64,000 nt of DNA from NCBI GenBank assembly GCA_963827685.1, contig CAWHBU010000002.1, positions 224,001 through 288,000 on the forward strand, read 5' to 3'. Source of the DNA: an uncultured delta proteobacterium (lineage in GTDB: Bacteria; Desulfobacterota; BSN033; UBA1163). A program made the position numbers and the translations under genes. This document shows, in pieces, positions 29,445-40,566 of the stretch. The notes beneath the pieces were generated by a model. The model had not been told where the DNA came from. It saw nothing but the letters and a program-made list of their open reading frames with translations, and did not search any database. Position 1 is the stretch's first letter; every line of letters starts with the position of its first letter.

Positions 29445-30287
29445 TCACTCTGTCCCTGGACTCCTTGTCATCGGGTACTTCCCCAGCTTGCCGATGAAGG
29501 GCAGGACGATCAACCACGGTAATGTTAATTTTTGGGGTTCTTTGTATTGGTCAAGGCCAATGGTCATTTCTAAGTGTCCTTTTGCGGGCTGATTCCGGTA
29601 GGTTCCAAACAGTCTATCCCACCACGGGAAGTTAAAACCGAGGTTGCTGTTTGTTTCCCACCGTATGGTTGAGTGATGGACACGATGCATCTCCGGTGTT
29701 ACCACTAAGAGGCGAAGAAAGGAATCGATTTGTTGAGAATACCGAACATTGCCATGATTGAACATGGAGGTTCCGTTCAGGAGGACTTCGAAGATCAAGA
29801 CGGCTATGGCAGGAGCGCCAATCAGGATGACAACGATTATCTTGATCATCATTGAAAGGAGGATCTCAATTGGATGAAAGCGAACTCCTGTGGTGACATC
29901 AATATCCATGTCTGAATGATGCACCATATGGAGCCGCCAGAACAGGGGAATGGAATGAAACATGACGTGCTGAAGATAAATGGCGAGGTCAAGGATCAAC
30001 ACACCGAGGATGATTTTTAACAGGTAGGACAGCTCAAATTGATTGAATACACCCCACTCCCGTTGCTGAACCAGGAGAGCAGCGCCAACCAAAGCTGGTG
30101 GAAAAACCAGGCGAACCACAATGGAGTCCATTAGGACTAGGCTAAGATTGCTGAACCACCGTCGTGTTTTCGATGTGGTTAAAGGGCGGCGAGGAGCGAT
30201 GAGCTCCCATAGAAACATGATGACGAGAATGCCAAAGAAAAATCCAAGTCTGATCATCGGTTCGTATTTGTTGGTCAGAAAGTCCAT
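29445..30287 (-). CDS. Sterol desaturase / fatty acid hydroxylase family protein
   Basis: His boxes HVMFH, HMVHH and HRVHH; WDRLFGTY. Confidence 0.9.
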   Translation of the reverse strand: MDFLTNKYEPMIRLGFFFGILVIMFLWELIAPRRPLTTSKTRRWFSNLSLVLMDSIVVRLVFPPALVGAALLVQQREWGVFNQFELSYLLKIILGVLILDLAIYLQHVMFHSIPLFWRLHMVHHSDMDIDVTTGVRFHPIEILLSMMIKIIVVILIGAPAIAVLIFEVLLNGTSMFNHGNVRYSQQIDSFLRLLVVTPEMHRVHHSTIRWETNSNLGFNFPWWDRLFGTYRNQPAKGHLEMTIGLDQYKEPQKLTLPWLIVLPFIGKLGKYPMTRSPGTE

Positions 30288-30290
30288 CTT

Positions 30291-31010
30291 TTAGGCCTCA
30301 CTCCTTCCTCTGCGGTAGCTACTCTTGTAAAAGGTTGCCAGTTTATGAGGTGAGATGCCAAGGACATAAAGAGCTTGCAGGGTCCAATTTCTGAGAATGC
30401 AGTAAATCACTCCCTCTTTTTCCCACCTTCTTGGAGAGGTCCTCACTCGATCATAGAAAATCCGTATCTTATGTCCTGATTTCTTGATACGTTTCATCAA
30501 TTCTACATCTTCCATTAAAGGGATCTCTTGGTAGCCACCTATCTTGTTGAAATATTTCCTTCGGATAAAAATGGCCTGATCTCCATATGGAATTCTATTC
30601 AGACGGGAGCGTAAAGAAGCTAAGAATGCAATGATCTTGTAAATCAACTTATCTGACTTGATGTCCAGATCAAAAGCCCCAGCAACGTATCCCTCTTGTT
30701 CCATGACAGCACTGATCTTTTCAAGGGCCTGGATAGGCAGTTCTGTGTCAGCATGAAGAAAGATTAGAATTTCTCCCTTGGCAATAGAAGCCCCGGTGTT
30801 CATCTGCTTTGCCCGACCCTTTTCAGATGAGACTTTAATGGCATGGTTACTATGAACAGCCCTCAAAGTATCCCTTTCCGGGGCCCCATCCACAATGATT
30901 ATCTCAACATTTTTCTCGGAATCTAAATGATTGAGATAGTTGATCAGGTCATTGATCATTTTTCCTTCTTGAAATACAGGCACAATGATTGAAAATTTAG
31001 CAGAATTCAC
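30291..31010 (-). CDS. GT2 family glycosyltransferase (TIGR04283-type)
   Basis: SIIVP, GRAKQMNTGA, FLHADT, PYGDQ, MED and TSPRRW motifs. Confidence 0.9.
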   Translation of the reverse strand: MNSAKFSIIVPVFQEGKMINDLINYLNHLDSEKNVEIIIVDGAPERDTLRAVHSNHAIKVSSEKGRAKQMNTGASIAKGEILIFLHADTELPIQALEKISAVMEQEGYVAGAFDLDIKSDKLIYKIIAFLASLRSRLNRIPYGDQAIFIRRKYFNKIGGYQEIPLMEDVELMKRIKKSGHKIRIFYDRVRTSPRRWEKEGVIYCILRNWTLQALYVLGISPHKLATFYKSSYRRGRSEA

Positions 31011-31179
31011 AGTTTGATTTCTCCAAAACGGGGTTCCCGAGCCGTTAAAGCAGGAAGAACTCTATAAAAATAGATTAAGGTGTCACTTTCTTCCCGTCAA
31101 GACTTTTTTGCATTCATTTGTTTACGCAGGAAACCGCGGCCTTGGCCGTGGAGGATTCGTAACTCTGGATAGGAACCTT

Positions 31180-31300
31180 CCAGCGAAGGTGAAGGAGAGG
31201 CGATTGACCCAGGTGATGATAGCAGAGATGATGGGGGTAACGGATCGAGATGCCTGGAGGATCCTTGAGAAGGTTCGAGAAAAAGGAACTAAGTATTGCC
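31180..31300 (+). pseudogene. Possible transposase N-terminal HTH remnant
   Basis: VKERRLTQVMIAEMMGVTDRDAWRILEKVREKG resembles the N-terminus of ISNCY/IS481-like transposases; no catalytic domain follows. Confidence 0.4.
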
Positions 31301-31694
31301 CCCTATGTCTTGAATTCCTTGAGTATGGTAGAGATATAGCTTCCTAAAGCCCTCTATATATCGCTCGGTTTTACATCAATTATAAGATTCATCTTGCTTT
31401 TTAAAAAATTACTCTTGTCCAAATTAGATTTTCGAAGAAACCTATATTTTGGATACCAAAATGGATCAATAAAAAAGAAACGGTAAACCTGGTTATGAAA
31501 ACATGTAGAACTTGTCCAAATTGGTAATAATTCAAGTCACTTTTGAAAATCTCAGCTAATTTAGACAGCAACGTTAAAAAATGGTGAATTTTTTTGGACA
31601 TTTAAGAAAATTTTTTCCTATTCAGATCCATTTGAAAATATTGAGTTTGTTAGAAATCTAAATAAAATTAATTAATTACAAATATATCGACTGT

Positions 31695-31710
31695 TGGCAT
31701 TAAAATTGCT
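31695..31710 (+). promoter_or_regulatory. sigma54 (-24/-12) promoter
   Basis: TGGCAT-TAAAA-TTGCT in an AT-rich upstream region. Confidence 0.7.
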
Positions 31711-31750
31711 CAATCACATCATGACTAAGTATAAGAAATTGTAGAAAAAC

Positions 31751-32668
31751 ATGGAAAAGGATTTCTTTTTTGATTTTTTAGACCAGAACCCTCCGTTTAC
31801 ACCGCCTGCAAGTAAGGGTGAAACAGAATCCCCCCTAGCCAAAGAGAATATCATTCCCAATGAGCGAGTAGCCTTCCTCTTGTTTCCCTTTTTTATGGAA
31901 TTGGTCGATCAATTTAAGCATACTCTGAATAACCTCAGAAATTTTGCGCGAATTTTTCAAGAGAAATACGGCGATAAGGAGTTCGGTACCTATCTCAAAC
32001 GAATAATTACCGAGGATATCAAGAGGATCGAATTGGTTCAGAATAGCCTTCTCAATTATATTCGGATCAACACCCCTATTATAAAAAGAAATACCGTAAA
32101 CACCCTCATCGAAGAGGAGCTAAAGAAATATCAAGTTGAGGTGGAAGAAAAAAAGATTAGGTTATTTAAGACACTTGAAAAGAATCTCCCTGAAACCGCT
32201 GTTCCTGATGACCAGCTAAGGTATATTTTGAGCTGTGTTCTGCAGTATGTAATGGCCTTGATTCCTACCAACGGGAATTTAGGGTTATTTACCAAATACT
32301 TTGCTCTTCGGAAGGAAATAGGTGAAGATCAGGAAGGGAGGTTTATTGAGATCTTAATGGTTTATACGGGTTATAAGAAACCGATGGACCAACTTGGATC
32401 GCCATTGGGAATTTCCGGTCATCAAAAAGAAAGGATTTTGGATCTTGCTTTAAGGCTGGTTGATGAGATTGTACAAAGAAACCGTGGAATGATGAAATTC
32501 GAGGAGGATGAAAAGAAGACAAAGACTAGTGTCTCCTTGAGATTCCCCGTGGAAAGAAGAAAAGTGGTCTATTATCAGCAGCCAAGCGAATTAGCTTCAA
32601 ACCTGCATGAATCTAAGAGCACCTTCGAGAAACTTTCATCCCTTGAGGAGATGAAAAAGGGGGGTTAA
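31751..32668 (+). CDS. Degenerate histidine kinase-like protein
   Basis: HisKA/HATPase-like layout (LLNY, DQLRYIL, LALRLVDEIV..G) with H-box and G-boxes eroded. Confidence 0.65.
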   Translation: MEKDFFFDFLDQNPPFTPPASKGETESPLAKENIIPNERVAFLLFPFFMELVDQFKHTLNNLRNFARIFQEKYGDKEFGTYLKRIITEDIKRIELVQNSLLNYIRINTPIIKRNTVNTLIEEELKKYQVEVEEKKIRLFKTLEKNLPETAVPDDQLRYILSCVLQYVMALIPTNGNLGLFTKYFALRKEIGEDQEGRFIEILMVYTGYKKPMDQLGSPLGISGHQKERILDLALRLVDEIVQRNRGMMKFEEDEKKTKTSVSLRFPVERRKVVYYQQPSELASNLHESKSTFEKLSSLEEMKKGG

Positions 32669-32833
32669 CCCCCCTTCAATACCTTCCCCCCATTTTTGCT
32701 TTAGGTTAACAACTTTTGTGCCTTCGAAATGCTTTTTCGAGGGCTTTTTTTATCTTTTTTTTTGCATCCATTGGTATTTTGAGGTATCTTTTCTGCTAAA
32801 GAAGATAATGGTTCGAAGGGACACGTAAGATTA

Positions 32834-33853
32834 ATGAAAGTATTGGCGATTGAGACGTCTTGTGATGATACAGGGGCGGCTGTCGTTTTGGATGGGAGGA
32901 GGATTCTCTCTAATATCGTTTCTTCTCAAGTTTCGATCCATCAGAAATATGGGGGGGTTGTTCCAGAACTGGCCTCAAGAAGACATATCGAATCGATTGT
33001 GCCCATTGTGACAGAGGCATTGGAAAGAGCTAAAGTTAGTTTAAAAGAAATCGACGGCATTGCCGTGACCCAGGGCCCGGGCCTGGTGGGATCCCTGTTG
33101 GTCGGCCTCTCCTTCGCAAAATCCATAGCGTTTGCCACAGGATTACCATTCATCGGAGTCAATCACATCGAGGCGCATCTTTCAGCGATTTTTCTCGAAG
33201 AGAAACCCCCAAGATTTCCTTTCATTGGATTGGTCGTCTCCGGAGGCCACACCTCTCTTTTTCGTATGGATGGCTTTGGAAAATATCAACCGTTGGGACA
33301 GACTCGAGATGATGCAGCAGGGGAGGCCTTTGACAAGGTGGCAAAGCTTTTAGGCCTGGGATATCCGGGCGGACCGATCATTGATGAACTCTCAAAAACA
33401 GGGAACCCTAAAGCGATTCGATTCCCGAGGCCTGTCCTCTCAAAGAATTCTTTCGATTTCAGTTTCAGTGGGCTGAAGACGGCTGTCGTCAATTATGTAA
33501 AGGCGCATCCTGAACCCCAAAAGGGTTATTCAAATGATCTCATCAAAGACATTGTCTCCAGTTTTCAAGAGGCCGTCGTCGAGGTATTGGTGAAAAAAAC
33601 AGTTCACGCCGCTCAACACCAGGGACTGAAAAGGATTGTCCTTTCAGGAGGGGTGGCAGCTAATCAACGCCTTCGGCAGAGGATGAAGGAAGAGGCCGGC
33701 GAACATAAATTGAAAGTCTATATTCCTTCCCCTTCTTTTTGCACAGACAATGCCGCGATGGTTGGGGTGGCTGGATATGAATATTTAAAACGAGGGATTC
33801 GATCACCGTACTCTCTGAATGCATTTTCAAATTTACCTCTAGATGGAACGTAG
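32834..33853 (+). CDS. tsaD: tRNA N6-threonylcarbamoyltransferase TsaD
   Basis: IETSCDDT, GGVVPELASR, HIEAH, VSGGHT and CTDNAAM motifs. Confidence 0.97.
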   Translation: MKVLAIETSCDDTGAAVVLDGRRILSNIVSSQVSIHQKYGGVVPELASRRHIESIVPIVTEALERAKVSLKEIDGIAVTQGPGLVGSLLVGLSFAKSIAFATGLPFIGVNHIEAHLSAIFLEEKPPRFPFIGLVVSGGHTSLFRMDGFGKYQPLGQTRDDAAGEAFDKVAKLLGLGYPGGPIIDELSKTGNPKAIRFPRPVLSKNSFDFSFSGLKTAVVNYVKAHPEPQKGYSNDLIKDIVSSFQEAVVEVLVKKTVHAAQHQGLKRIVLSGGVAANQRLRQRMKEEAGEHKLKVYIPSPSFCTDNAAMVGVAGYEYLKRGIRSPYSLNAFSNLPLDGT

Positions 33854-33950
33854 AGAGTGGAGAGTGGAAGGTCGTTATTTTTTCCAACTTTTCACGTTCT
33901 ACTTTCCACCCTCTGAACGAATACGGACACGCGACACGGTCACGGTCACG
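33849..33950. repeat. Empty inverted heptamer-repeat cassette plus (CACGGT)n tract
   Basis: GTAGAGAGTGGAGAGTGGAAG and TTTTCACGTTCTACTTTCCACCCT arms; then GACACGGTCACGGTCACG. Confidence 0.7.
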
Positions 33951-33966
33951 TTTTTTGAGTGGACCT

Positions 33967-34794
33967 ATGGCATCCATACGAAAAGAATTAGCGGAATATG
34001 GTCTATTCCCCAAGAAAAGACTGGGGCAGCATTTCCTTGTTGATCCAAATATCTTAAATAAAGTGATCCGAACCTCCCGGGTTGGAAGAGAGGATGTGGT
34101 TCTTGAGGTGGGCCCTGGTCTTGGAGATATGACTCTTGCCCTTGCTCGGTTGGCTAAACAGGTGATCGCCGTTGAGATCGACCCGAAATTGGTGACGATA
34201 CTAAGAAAAAAGATGGAAGATCTTCCGAACGTGGAGGTGATTAGAAGTGATATTTTGAAGTTGGACTTCAATCACTTGTTTAAGAGGGAAGGACAACCGA
34301 TTAAAGTGGTGGCCAATCTGCCCTACCAGATCTCGACACCTCTTCTCTTCCGCTTCATTGAATCAAAGGACGCGTTTTCTACATTCACTTTAATGCTTCA
34401 AAAAGAGGTTGCAGAGAGGATGGTAGCTCCTCCAGGTCGAAAAGAATATGGTCCGTTGTCGATCTTCATACAAATGTTTTTAGATGTCTCAATCTGTTTC
34501 TTCATCAAACCCTCTGCCTTCTTTCCACCCCCAGGGGTTGAATCAGCCGTGGTTCACATGGTTTGGAAAGAAAAGCCTCTGATCGAAACCAAAGATGAAG
34601 AATGGTTCAAGAGAGTAGTGAAGGCCTGTTTTGGCTACCGAAGAAAGACATTGAGCAATGCCCTGAGACATTCAGAACTTTCTCTCCCCGAACCCATCGG
34701 ATCAAGCATGGAGAAAATTGGAATTGACCCCAAAAGAAGACCAGAAACTCTGACGATCCAGGAATTCGCCAAACTGGCAGAAGTCTTAAAATAA
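33967..34794 (+). CDS. rsmA: 16S rRNA m6,2A dimethyltransferase RsmA/KsgA
   Basis: LGQHFL, EVGPGLG, ANLPYQI and MLQKEVAER motifs. Confidence 0.97.
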   Translation: MASIRKELAEYGLFPKKRLGQHFLVDPNILNKVIRTSRVGREDVVLEVGPGLGDMTLALARLAKQVIAVEIDPKLVTILRKKMEDLPNVEVIRSDILKLDFNHLFKREGQPIKVVANLPYQISTPLLFRFIESKDAFSTFTLMLQKEVAERMVAPPGRKEYGPLSIFIQMFLDVSICFFIKPSAFFPPPGVESAVVHMVWKEKPLIETKDEEWFKRVVKACFGYRRKTLSNALRHSELSLPEPIGSSMEKIGIDPKRRPETLTIQEFAKLAEVLK

Positions 34795-34859
34795 TTAGAA
34801 AATTCTATTTGCAAAACCCCGAGAAGATGATTATTTTTAAGGATAGTTGAACAGGGGGA

Positions 34860-37460
34860 GTGAATAAAATGGACATAGAGAAGTTTACGTTGAAGGCTCA
34901 GGAAGCTTTGCAAGAAGCCAAATCCATCGCAGAGCGAAAGCACCATCAGCAGATAGATGTGGAACACCTTTTGTTGGCCCTCCTTGAACAGAAGGAGGGG
35001 ATTGTCATCCCTATCCTCCAAAAATTAGGGGCAAACCCGGATTTAATCCATTCGCAGTTAGAGAGTGAATTAAACCGGATTCCTCAGGTGACAGGAAAAG
35101 GGGCAGGCCAGGTTTACTTATCCGGCCGGGCCAATGAAATTCTGAACATGGCCTGGAAAGAAGCTGAAGCATTGACGGATGAGTACCTCTCCACAGAGCA
35201 TCTCCTCATCGCCATTGCCGATGAGAAGCAGGGAGCATCTTATCAAATCCTCCAGAGAAACGGGGTGACCAAGGATGCGATTTTCAGGGTGCTCCAGGAA
35301 ATCCGGGGGTCCCAGCGGGTGACCGATCAGAATCCGGAGGACAAATACCAGGCTCTAAAGCGCTACAGCCGGGATCTCACGGAAGAGGCGAGGAAAGGAA
35401 AGCTCGATCCGGTGATCGGGAGAGACGATGAAATCCGAAGGGTGATCCAAGTTCTTTCAAGGAGAACGAAGAACAACCCCGTATTGATTGGCGAGCCAGG
35501 CGTCGGTAAGACAGCCATTGTGGAAGGACTGGCGCAGAGAATCGTTAAAGGTGATGTTCCTGAGACATTGAAAAATAAAAAGCTGGTTGCCTTGGATCTG
35601 GGGGCCATGATTGCAGGGGCCAAATTCAGGGGTGAGTTCGAAGACAGGCTGAAGGCTGTTTTGAAAGAGATTTCCAATGCGGCAGGCAATATCATCCTTT
35701 TCATTGATGAACTTCATACGTTAGTGGGGGCGGGTGCAGCAGAAGGTGCCATTGATGCCTCCAATATGTTGAAGCCCGCCTTGGCTCGTGGGGAACTCCG
35801 GTGTGTGGGTGCCACGACCCTCAATGAATATCGGAAGTATGTGGAGAAGGATGCGGCTTTAGAGCGACGGTTCCAACCGATCTATGTCAACCAGCCCTCC
35901 GTCGAAGATACCATCGCCATTTTAAGGGGATTAAAAGAGCGCTACGAGGTCCATCATGGCGTGAAAATATTGGATTCCGCCATCATTGCTGCCGCCATGC
36001 TTTCACATCGATACATTTCAGACCGCTTCCTTCCCGACAAAGCCGTGGATCTGATTGACGAGGCAGCGTCAAAACTTAGAATTGAGATCGACAGTGTCCC
36101 AATGGAGATCGATGAGGTTCAACGGAAGATAATGCAACTTGAGATTGAACGTCAGGCTCTGAAAAAGGAGAAGGACAAAGCCCCTCTCGAGCGGCTGAAA
36201 AAGCTCGAAAAAGAACTCGCTGATCTGAAAGAGGAAGTCGCCGAAAAGAAAGTCAAGTGGGAGAATGAGAAGAAGTCTATTTCACGGATCCATCAGATCA
36301 AAGAGCAGATCGAAAAAACGAAACAGATGATGAAAGAAGCGGAGCGAGAGGTGAATTATTCAAGATTGGCAGAGCTGCAATATGGGGAGATGGCAAGACT
36401 CGAAAGTGAATTGAAGAAAGAGGAAGAAAAACTTGCCGAACTTCAAAAAAACGAAAAGATGTTAAAAGAAGAAGTGGATGAAGAAGATGTTGCGGAGGTG
36501 GTCTCTAAATGGACCGGAATCCCTGTTTCAAGGATGTTGGAAGGAGAGGTCGAAAAGCTGATCCACATGGAAGAGAGGCTCAAACAGAGGGTAGTGGGTC
36601 AGGACGATGCCATCCTTGCCGTCTCCAACGCGGTGAGAAGGGCAAGGGCGGGATTGCAGGATCCCAATCGGCCCATCGGTTCCTTTATCTTCATGGGCCC
36701 AACCGGTGTTGGAAAGACAGAGCTGGCTCGAGCCCTGGCTGAGTTTCTGTTCGATGATGAACAGGCCATGGTAAGAATCGATATGTCAGAATACATGGAA
36801 AAACACTCTGTGTCCAGATTGATCGGTGCGCCGCCAGGGTATGTTGGATACGAGGAGGGTGGTTTTCTGACTGAGGCGATTCGAAGAAGGCCTTATTCCA
36901 TTGTGCTGATGGATGAGATTGAGAAGGCACACCCAGAAGTGTTCAACGTCCTCTTGCAGATCTTAGACGACGGAAGGCTGACCGACGGTCACGGCCGGAC
37001 CGTTGATTTCAAAAATACAGTGGTGATCATGACTTCCAATATTGGAGGCCAATGGATTACGGACTTAGGTGAGAAAGACTATGAGGAGATGCGGCGTCGA
37101 GTGATGGATGCTGTCAAAGCCCATTTCAAACCAGAATTTTTAAATCGTATTGATGAGTTGATTATCTTCCACAGTCTTGCTTTGGAGCAGATCAAGGCGA
37201 TCGTTGAGATTCAAGTTAAAAAGCTGGAGCAGCGTCTTTTGGAGAAGCGAATACAACTTAAAATGACTGAGAAAGCAAAGGACTGGTTAGCAAGGGAAGG
37301 GTTTGATCCTGCTTATGGAGCTCGGCCACTTAAGCGAGTGATTCAAAAGGAGATTCAGGACAAACTAGCAATGAAGCTATTAGAAGGAAAATTTAAGGAA
37401 GGCAGTACGATCACTGCTGATATGGACGATAGGAAAGGGGAATTAGTATTCAGGGCATAG
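34860..37460 (+). CDS. clpB: Chaperone ClpB
   Basis: Two AAA modules ([16 protein letters not shown]), coiled-coil M domain, GAPPGYVGY. Confidence 0.98.
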   Translation: MNKMDIEKFTLKAQEALQEAKSIAERKHHQQIDVEHLLLALLEQKEGIVIPILQKLGANPDLIHSQLESELNRIPQVTGKGAGQVYLSGRANEILNMAWKEAEALTDEYLSTEHLLIAIADEKQGASYQILQRNGVTKDAIFRVLQEIRGSQRVTDQNPEDKYQALKRYSRDLTEEARKGKLDPVIGRDDEIRRVIQVLSRRTKNNPVLIGEPGVGKTAIVEGLAQRIVKGDVPETLKNKKLVALDLGAMIAGAKFRGEFEDRLKAVLKEISNAAGNIILFIDELHTLVGAGAAEGAIDASNMLKPALARGELRCVGATTLNEYRKYVEKDAALERRFQPIYVNQPSVEDTIAILRGLKERYEVHHGVKILDSAIIAAAMLSHRYISDRFLPDKAVDLIDEAASKLRIEIDSVPMEIDEVQRKIMQLEIERQALKKEKDKAPLERLKKLEKELADLKEEVAEKKVKWENEKKSISRIHQIKEQIEKTKQMMKEAEREVNYSRLAELQYGEMARLESELKKEEEKLAELQKNEKMLKEEVDEEDVAEVVSKWTGIPVSRMLEGEVEKLIHMEERLKQRVVGQDDAILAVSNAVRRARAGLQDPNRPIGSFIFMGPTGVGKTELARALAEFLFDDEQAMVRIDMSEYMEKHSVSRLIGAPPGYVGYEEGGFLTEAIRRRPYSIVLMDEIEKAHPEVFNVLLQILDDGRLTDGHGRTVDFKNTVVIMTSNIGGQWITDLGEKDYEEMRRRVMDAVKAHFKPEFLNRIDELIIFHSLALEQIKAIVEIQVKKLEQRLLEKRIQLKMTEKAKDWLAREGFDPAYGARPLKRVIQKEIQDKLAMKLLEGKFKEGSTITADMDDRKGELVFRA

Positions 37461-37567
37461 AGTTGTAACTTAACAATTTTCTTGACAATATTCGAAAAAC
37501 CTGTTATGGATACAACGTTTTTCCAAAGTCTGCCTGCTATGTATAGTGGCAGGCAAAGGAGGCCTGA

Positions 37568-37642
37568 AGGCACGTAGCTCAGGGGGAGAGCGCTACCTTG
37601 ACGCGGTAGAAGTCTGGGGTTCAAATCCCCACGTGCCTACCA
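37568..37642 (+). tRNA. tRNA-Val(GAC)
   Basis: Acceptor AGGCACG/CGTGCCT, anticodon arm CTACC-TTGACGC-GGTAG, GTTCAAAT T-loop, CCA end. Confidence 0.95.
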
Positions 37643-37781
37643 TTAAAACCAATTTATTAAAAAGTGAAACATAAGTTATTGAAGAAGCAGACATTTTAAT
37701 GAGAACAAAACGGAGAGGCATCATTCAGATTTATTTTGAGTGATGCCTCTCCATTTTCAATTCAGGTGGACGAACGGAGAG

Positions 37782-39677
37782 ATGGGAGAGCAGGTGATTA
37801 TCACCATGCCCGATGGTGAGAAAAAGCCGATTCCAAAAGGCACGAAACTTAAGGAGTTGATTGGCCAGCGGGATAAAGAAGCCGTCGCGGCGCAAGTGGA
37901 TGGGACCCTCCTTGACCTCAGTAGGACATTGGAGAAAGACGCTGCCATTTCATTCATTTCCATCCATTCAAAAAAAGGGTTGGAGATATTACGCCATTCT
38001 GCTGCTCATGTCATGGCCCAGGCCGTGAAGGAAATCTTTCCAACCGTTAAACTCACCTTTGGTCCTTCCACTGAAAATGGTTTTTATTATGATTTCGATT
38101 ACGATCGAACTTTTACGACTCAAGATCTCGAGATGATTGAAAAAAGAATGTCAGACATTGTTGCGAAGGACGAGCCTTTTATCCGGAAGGAGGTTTCAAA
38201 AGAGGAAGCCATCAAAACATTTCAAGGAATGGGTGAAACCTATAAAATGGAGCACTTGGAAGAACTTCCAGATCATGTTTCTCTCTATCGGCAAGGAAGT
38301 TTCTTAGACCTCTGTGAAGGCCCCCATATCCCTTCGACAGGGAGAATCAAGGCCTTTCGGCTTTTGAATGTTTCGGGAACTTATTGGAGAGGGGACGCTC
38401 GAAATAGGGTCCTCCAAAGAATTTATGGAACTGCATTTCCGGCCAAAGAGGCATTGGAGGAATTTCTCCATATGCTTGAGGAGGCTCGTAGACGGGACCA
38501 CCGAAAACTGGGAAGAGAACTCGATCTCTTTAGCCTTAGCGAAGAAGCCGGCCCAGGTTTGGTGATCTACCATCCCAAAGGCGCTATGCTCCGGACGATC
38601 TTAGAAGATTTTGAAAAGAAGGAGCATCTGAAGCGAGGTTATCAGATCGTCATCGGTCCTCATCTCCTCCGGCTCGATCTTTGGAAACAATCCGGCCATT
38701 TCGAGAATTATAGAGATAAGATGTACTTCACAAAGGTGGAGGATGCAGAATATGGGATTAAACCGATGAATTGTCTCGCCCATATGCTGATCTATAAATC
38801 TCAAATTCGAAGTTATCGAGATCTCCCGATCCGATATTTCGAATTGGGAACGGTGTACCGGCACGAGAAATCCGGGGAACTGCATGGGCTTCTTCGGGTG
38901 AGGGGGTTTACTCAGGACGATGCCCATATCCTCTGCCGGCCTGACCAATTGAATGATGAGATTTGCTCGATCATCGAATTTGTGGATGATGTGATGAGGA
39001 TTTTTGGATTCGAATATGAGATGGAGCTCAGCACCCGACCAGAAAAATCGATTGGCGCAGATGAAGATTGGGAAAGGGCTACCCAAGCCCTTATAAATGC
39101 TCTTAAAACAAAAAGGCTTCCTTATGACGTCAACGAAGGGGAAGGAGCCTTTTATGGTCCGAAGATTGATGTCAAGCTAAAAGATGCACTCAACCGAAGG
39201 TGGCAGTGTGCCACGATTCAGGCGGACTTTGCTATGCCCGAACGATTTGACCTGACCTATGTGGGAAGTGACGGAGAAAAGCACAGACCGGTCATGCTCC
39301 ATCGCGTCATCCTCGGAGCCATGGAGAGGTTTATCGGGGTATTGGTTGAGCACTATGCCGGGGCATTTCCTGTTTGGCTTTCGCCTACCCAGGCCATTCT
39401 GATGACGGTTACAGATCGGCAGATTCCATATGCAGAAGGTGTTTACAAGCAATTGGCCCAAAAGGGAGTGCGAGTCGAGAAGGATTTCCGTAATGAGAAG
39501 TTAGGGTTCAAGATTCGAGAAGCCCAGGTTCAGAAGATTCCCTACATGTTGGTCATCGGAGATCGGGAGGTGAAAGAGGGAACTATTTCTCCTCGAAAAC
39601 GAAGCGGCGAAACTCTAAAGTCAATGTCCGTTGAAGATTTTGTGAAACAGATTGAATCAGAATATCCATCGTTATGA
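37782..39677 (+). CDS. thrS: Threonyl-tRNA synthetase
   Basis: HSAAH, DLCEGPH, RDHRKLG, KPMNC and GAFYGPKID motifs. Confidence 0.98.
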   Translation: MGEQVIITMPDGEKKPIPKGTKLKELIGQRDKEAVAAQVDGTLLDLSRTLEKDAAISFISIHSKKGLEILRHSAAHVMAQAVKEIFPTVKLTFGPSTENGFYYDFDYDRTFTTQDLEMIEKRMSDIVAKDEPFIRKEVSKEEAIKTFQGMGETYKMEHLEELPDHVSLYRQGSFLDLCEGPHIPSTGRIKAFRLLNVSGTYWRGDARNRVLQRIYGTAFPAKEALEEFLHMLEEARRRDHRKLGRELDLFSLSEEAGPGLVIYHPKGAMLRTILEDFEKKEHLKRGYQIVIGPHLLRLDLWKQSGHFENYRDKMYFTKVEDAEYGIKPMNCLAHMLIYKSQIRSYRDLPIRYFELGTVYRHEKSGELHGLLRVRGFTQDDAHILCRPDQLNDEICSIIEFVDDVMRIFGFEYEMELSTRPEKSIGADEDWERATQALINALKTKRLPYDVNEGEGAFYGPKIDVKLKDALNRRWQCATIQADFAMPERFDLTYVGSDGEKHRPVMLHRVILGAMERFIGVLVEHYAGAFPVWLSPTQAILMTVTDRQIPYAEGVYKQLAQKGVRVEKDFRNEKLGFKIREAQVQKIPYMLVIGDREVKEGTISPRKRSGETLKSMSVEDFVKQIESEYPSL

Positions 39678-39744
39678 TAATCCCCCACTTGCCCCCCTTT
39701 AATAAAGGGGGGTGGGGGGGATTTTAAAAAAGGAGGTGATGTCT

Positions 39745-40269
39745 ATCGCAAGAGATGTTCGAATTAATCGAGAAATTCGAGCGAAGGAAGTGAGGGTCAT
39801 CGACCCCGAAGGGAAGCAATTGGGAATTTTACCAGCGTCAGAGGCGCTTCGTTTAGCCGTTAATTATGAGTTAGACCTGGTAGAGGTTTCTCCGAAATCG
39901 GAACCGCCTGTCTGTCGCATCATGGACTACGGGAAGTTCAAATATCAACAGAGCAAGAAGGCCCATGGAGCAAAAAAGAAACAAGCCGTTGTTCATGTCA
40001 AAGAAGTGAAGATGAGACCGAAGACGGAGGAACATGATTTCCAATTCAAGCTTCGTCACATCGAGCGTTTCTTAAAGGAGGGAAATAAGACCAAGGTGAC
40101 CATTGTTTTTAGAGGAAGGGAGCTGGCCCACCCGGATTTAGGGAAAAACATGCTTGGCAGGGTTACTGAGGAGACAAAGGAGTGGGGAAAAGTTGAGCAG
40201 GCTCCCAAATTTGAAGGAAGAAACTTTATCATGGTCTTAGCTCCTCTCCTGAGTCAAAAAACAACTTAA
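39745..40269 (+). CDS. infC: Translation initiation factor IF-3 (probable ATC start)
   Basis: INREIR, PPVCRIMDYGKFKY and FRGRE motifs; SD AAGGAGGT is correctly spaced to ATC at 39745. Confidence 0.96.
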   Translation: MARDVRINREIRAKEVRVIDPEGKQLGILPASEALRLAVNYELDLVEVSPKSEPPVCRIMDYGKFKYQQSKKAHGAKKKQAVVHVKEVKMRPKTEEHDFQFKLRHIERFLKEGNKTKVTIVFRGRELAHPDLGKNMLGRVTEETKEWGKVEQAPKFEGRNFIMVLAPLLSQKTT

Positions 40270-40276
40270 GAGATTG

Positions 40277-40345
40277 ATGTCAGTGTCAGTGGTCGGTGTC
40301 AGTTCTTCTTGTCCCTACTAACACTGTTCACAGACACTGTCACTA
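40277..40345. repeat. Empty inverted hexamer-repeat cassette
   Basis: (GTCAGT)n and ACTAACACTG..ACAGACACTGTCAC arms. Confidence 0.7.
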
Positions 40346-40366
40346 TTAATTAAAGGAGAAGAACAC

Positions 40367-40564
40367 GTGCCAAAATTGAAGACCAATCGGGGAGCAGCAA
40401 AAAGGTTCAAGAAGACCGGGACAGGAAAGATAAAGGCCAAAAAGGCATTTGCCCGGCACATTCTGACAAAGAAACCGACCAATCGAAAACGAGGTCTCAG
40501 GAGGCCTAAGCTCGTCGAGAGAACGGACTCCAAGGGGATAAAAAAGTTAATACCATATTTATAA
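40367..40564 (+). CDS. rpmI: 50S ribosomal protein L35
   Basis: [20 protein letters not shown]. Confidence 0.97.
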   Translation: MPKLKTNRGAAKRFKKTGTGKIKAKKAFARHILTKKPTNRKRGLRRPKLVERTDSKGIKKLIPYL

Positions 40565-40566
40565 AA

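Noticed and set aside
37708-37756. T-box or thrS operator upstream of thrS
   Set aside because: Only one hairpin (GGAGAGGCATCA..TGATGCCTCTCC) is visible with no T-box consensus; function cannot be assigned
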